The translations under genes were made by a program, and so were the position numbers. Positions 62,389 through 64,000 of a DNA stretch of 64,000 nucleotides are shown in pieces. Where the stretch lies: positions 3,660,001-3,724,000 of the forward strand of contig OZ076409.1 of NCBI GenBank assembly GCA_964187785.1, read 5' to 3'. This stretch comes from Amphiscolops sp. MND2022. Lineage: Eukaryota. The notes under the pieces are model-generated. The model was not told the origin of the DNA. It did not search any database and was given only the letters and a program-made list of their open reading frames with translations. How positions within the stretch are numbered: position 1 is the stretch's first letter; the number at the start of each line of letters is the position of its first letter.

Positions 62389-64000
62389 GAGAGAGAGAGA
62401 GAGAAAACACTGTATTATTGTATAGGGATAGCTGGTGCCAGTATACAATAAGTGTAGATTGATTTATGCTGAAGCATAAATGATTTTTTCAAGTTTTACA
62501 GGGCGATAAATCAGGTGAAGCGGAAATCACGCCAAGTATGAGATGTATGGATAGGCATACGACTACTTTCCAAAGTTAGATGCCTTCTGAGACGACTTTT
62601 GAATGTGTGTAGACTTATACTAGTGTCTCTTAAGTACAACGGAAGTGAGTTCCACTTCGAAGAAGAATGATGAAAGAAAGAAAAAAGAGATACATGACTT
62701 CCCACGTAAATTATCTGATTAGTGCGATCGTTCCACCTGAAAATCGCCGTAGGTAACTTTAAAGAGCTCTGGAAGGCTTTTTTAGTATTTTTGAGATATT
62801 GGAACAGAAATACTAGAGATTTCAAATCGATAAGTTGCTTTATTCCAATTATTTTCTTTTTTTCTCTCAGATCACTCGACGATTTAAAGCTCGAACGGAA
62901 GTAGACAGATTTTAATGCCCAGTTCATCTGTTTCTCAAGGGAAAGTAGCAAAGGAGGGGATATTTGAGTGAAAAAAATCGCAGAGTATTCGAAATGACTG
63001 ATTATTAGCGCGTGGAAAAGCATGACTAAGACTGTGGTCGGAAATTTGTGTTGTATAGATTCAATAGTTTTTATTCCAACTGCCATGTTTTTCAGAACCT
63101 TTTTTACCTGGGTTTGGAAAGTCAAGTGTTGATCTAACGTTATTCCAAGATATTTACATTCACATTTCTTTTTGACAACTGAGGAGCACACGACAACTGT
63201 TTCGGAGTCTAGCTGTCTCTTGTCTTTTTTTCGGGAAAAAGTTATGAATTCTGTTTTACTACCATTCAAATTTAGTCGATGGGACTTAAAGTAACTTTCA
63301 ATTTTCAAAATATTTGTTTGCAAACATTGCAAAGCAATGTCAGGGTCCTGGTGACTACAAAAAAGCAAGCAATCATCGGCGTACTGGATAATGCGAGCAT
63401 CCTCCGTTATCTGTCCAGTCAGGTCATTGACATATAGGTTAAAGAGCAGTGGTCCTAAAATAGTGCCCTGGGGAACGCCTTGTTTCAGTTCTATCCAATC
63501 CGATTTGACACCGTTCAATGAAACCTGCTGCAGTCTATCACTGAGGAAACTTTTTATAAAGTTGATGGCCGAAAATGAGAAACCAAGAGACTTGAGTTTA
63601 GACAAAAGGATTTCATGTGAAAGTGAGTCAAAGGCTTTTGATAAATCCAGCAAGACTGCATGAACTATCTTTCCATCCTGAATTTCCTGTTGAACCGATT
63701 TGGTGAAAAACAAAACAGCATCTTCTACTGATACTTTTTTCCTAAAACCAAATTGGAGTGGAGCGAGGAGATTTTTTTCTTCAATGTAAGCTGTAATTTG
63801 CCTATGAATACATTTTTCAAGGATTTTGGAGAACGTTGTTGTAATCGAGATGGGACGATAATTTTTGGGATCTAGAATGTCATCTTTTTTGAAGATGGGG
63901 GTTATAGTCGCTCTCTTTAACATCGTAGGAAATACACTTTCATAAATGCACTCATTCAATATGAATGTTAAGTGAGAAGTCAAAATTTGCTTTCCATCAA
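62389..64000 (-). mobile_element. CR1-like LINE, 3' part with RT (ORF 62511..>63983), truncated by the window edge
   Basis: NYRPIS, QFGFR, DLSKAFDS, GVPQGTILGPLLF, YADD, KYLG motifs. A (CT)n tail lies at about 62389-62404. Confidence 0.92.

Overview
AT-rich, repeat-dense eukaryotic (invertebrate metazoan-like) genomic DNA with spliceosomal introns. I reconstructed four host genes by hand with phase-consistent splicing, all on the minus strand: (1) an SDR/retinol-dehydrogenase-like gene running off the left edge; (2) a complete 6-exon NAXD/CARKD gene (7526-16261); (3) a multi-exon bZIP transcription factor (52170 to at least 45554, probably to 32808) with a perfect ERSE upstream; (4) an EB1/MAPRE gene (59089-55671). 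The rest is mostly mobile DNA: two CR1-like LINEs, a BEL/Pao LTR element fused to a Gypsy RT fragment, internally deleted hAT elements with 8-bp TSDs, many Tc1/pogo-type MITEs, CORE-SINE-like pieces and a very abundant Helentron-associated (HINE/DINE-1-like) family. The best novelty candidate is an intact antisense ORF inside the BEL/Pao element, between pol and the polypurine tract, encoding an integrase-type H2C2 zinc finger fused to an OTU-like protease with no DDE core. Second is a hAT MITE inside a coding exon that may be spliced out like an introner. All calls come from manual reading; no searches were run.
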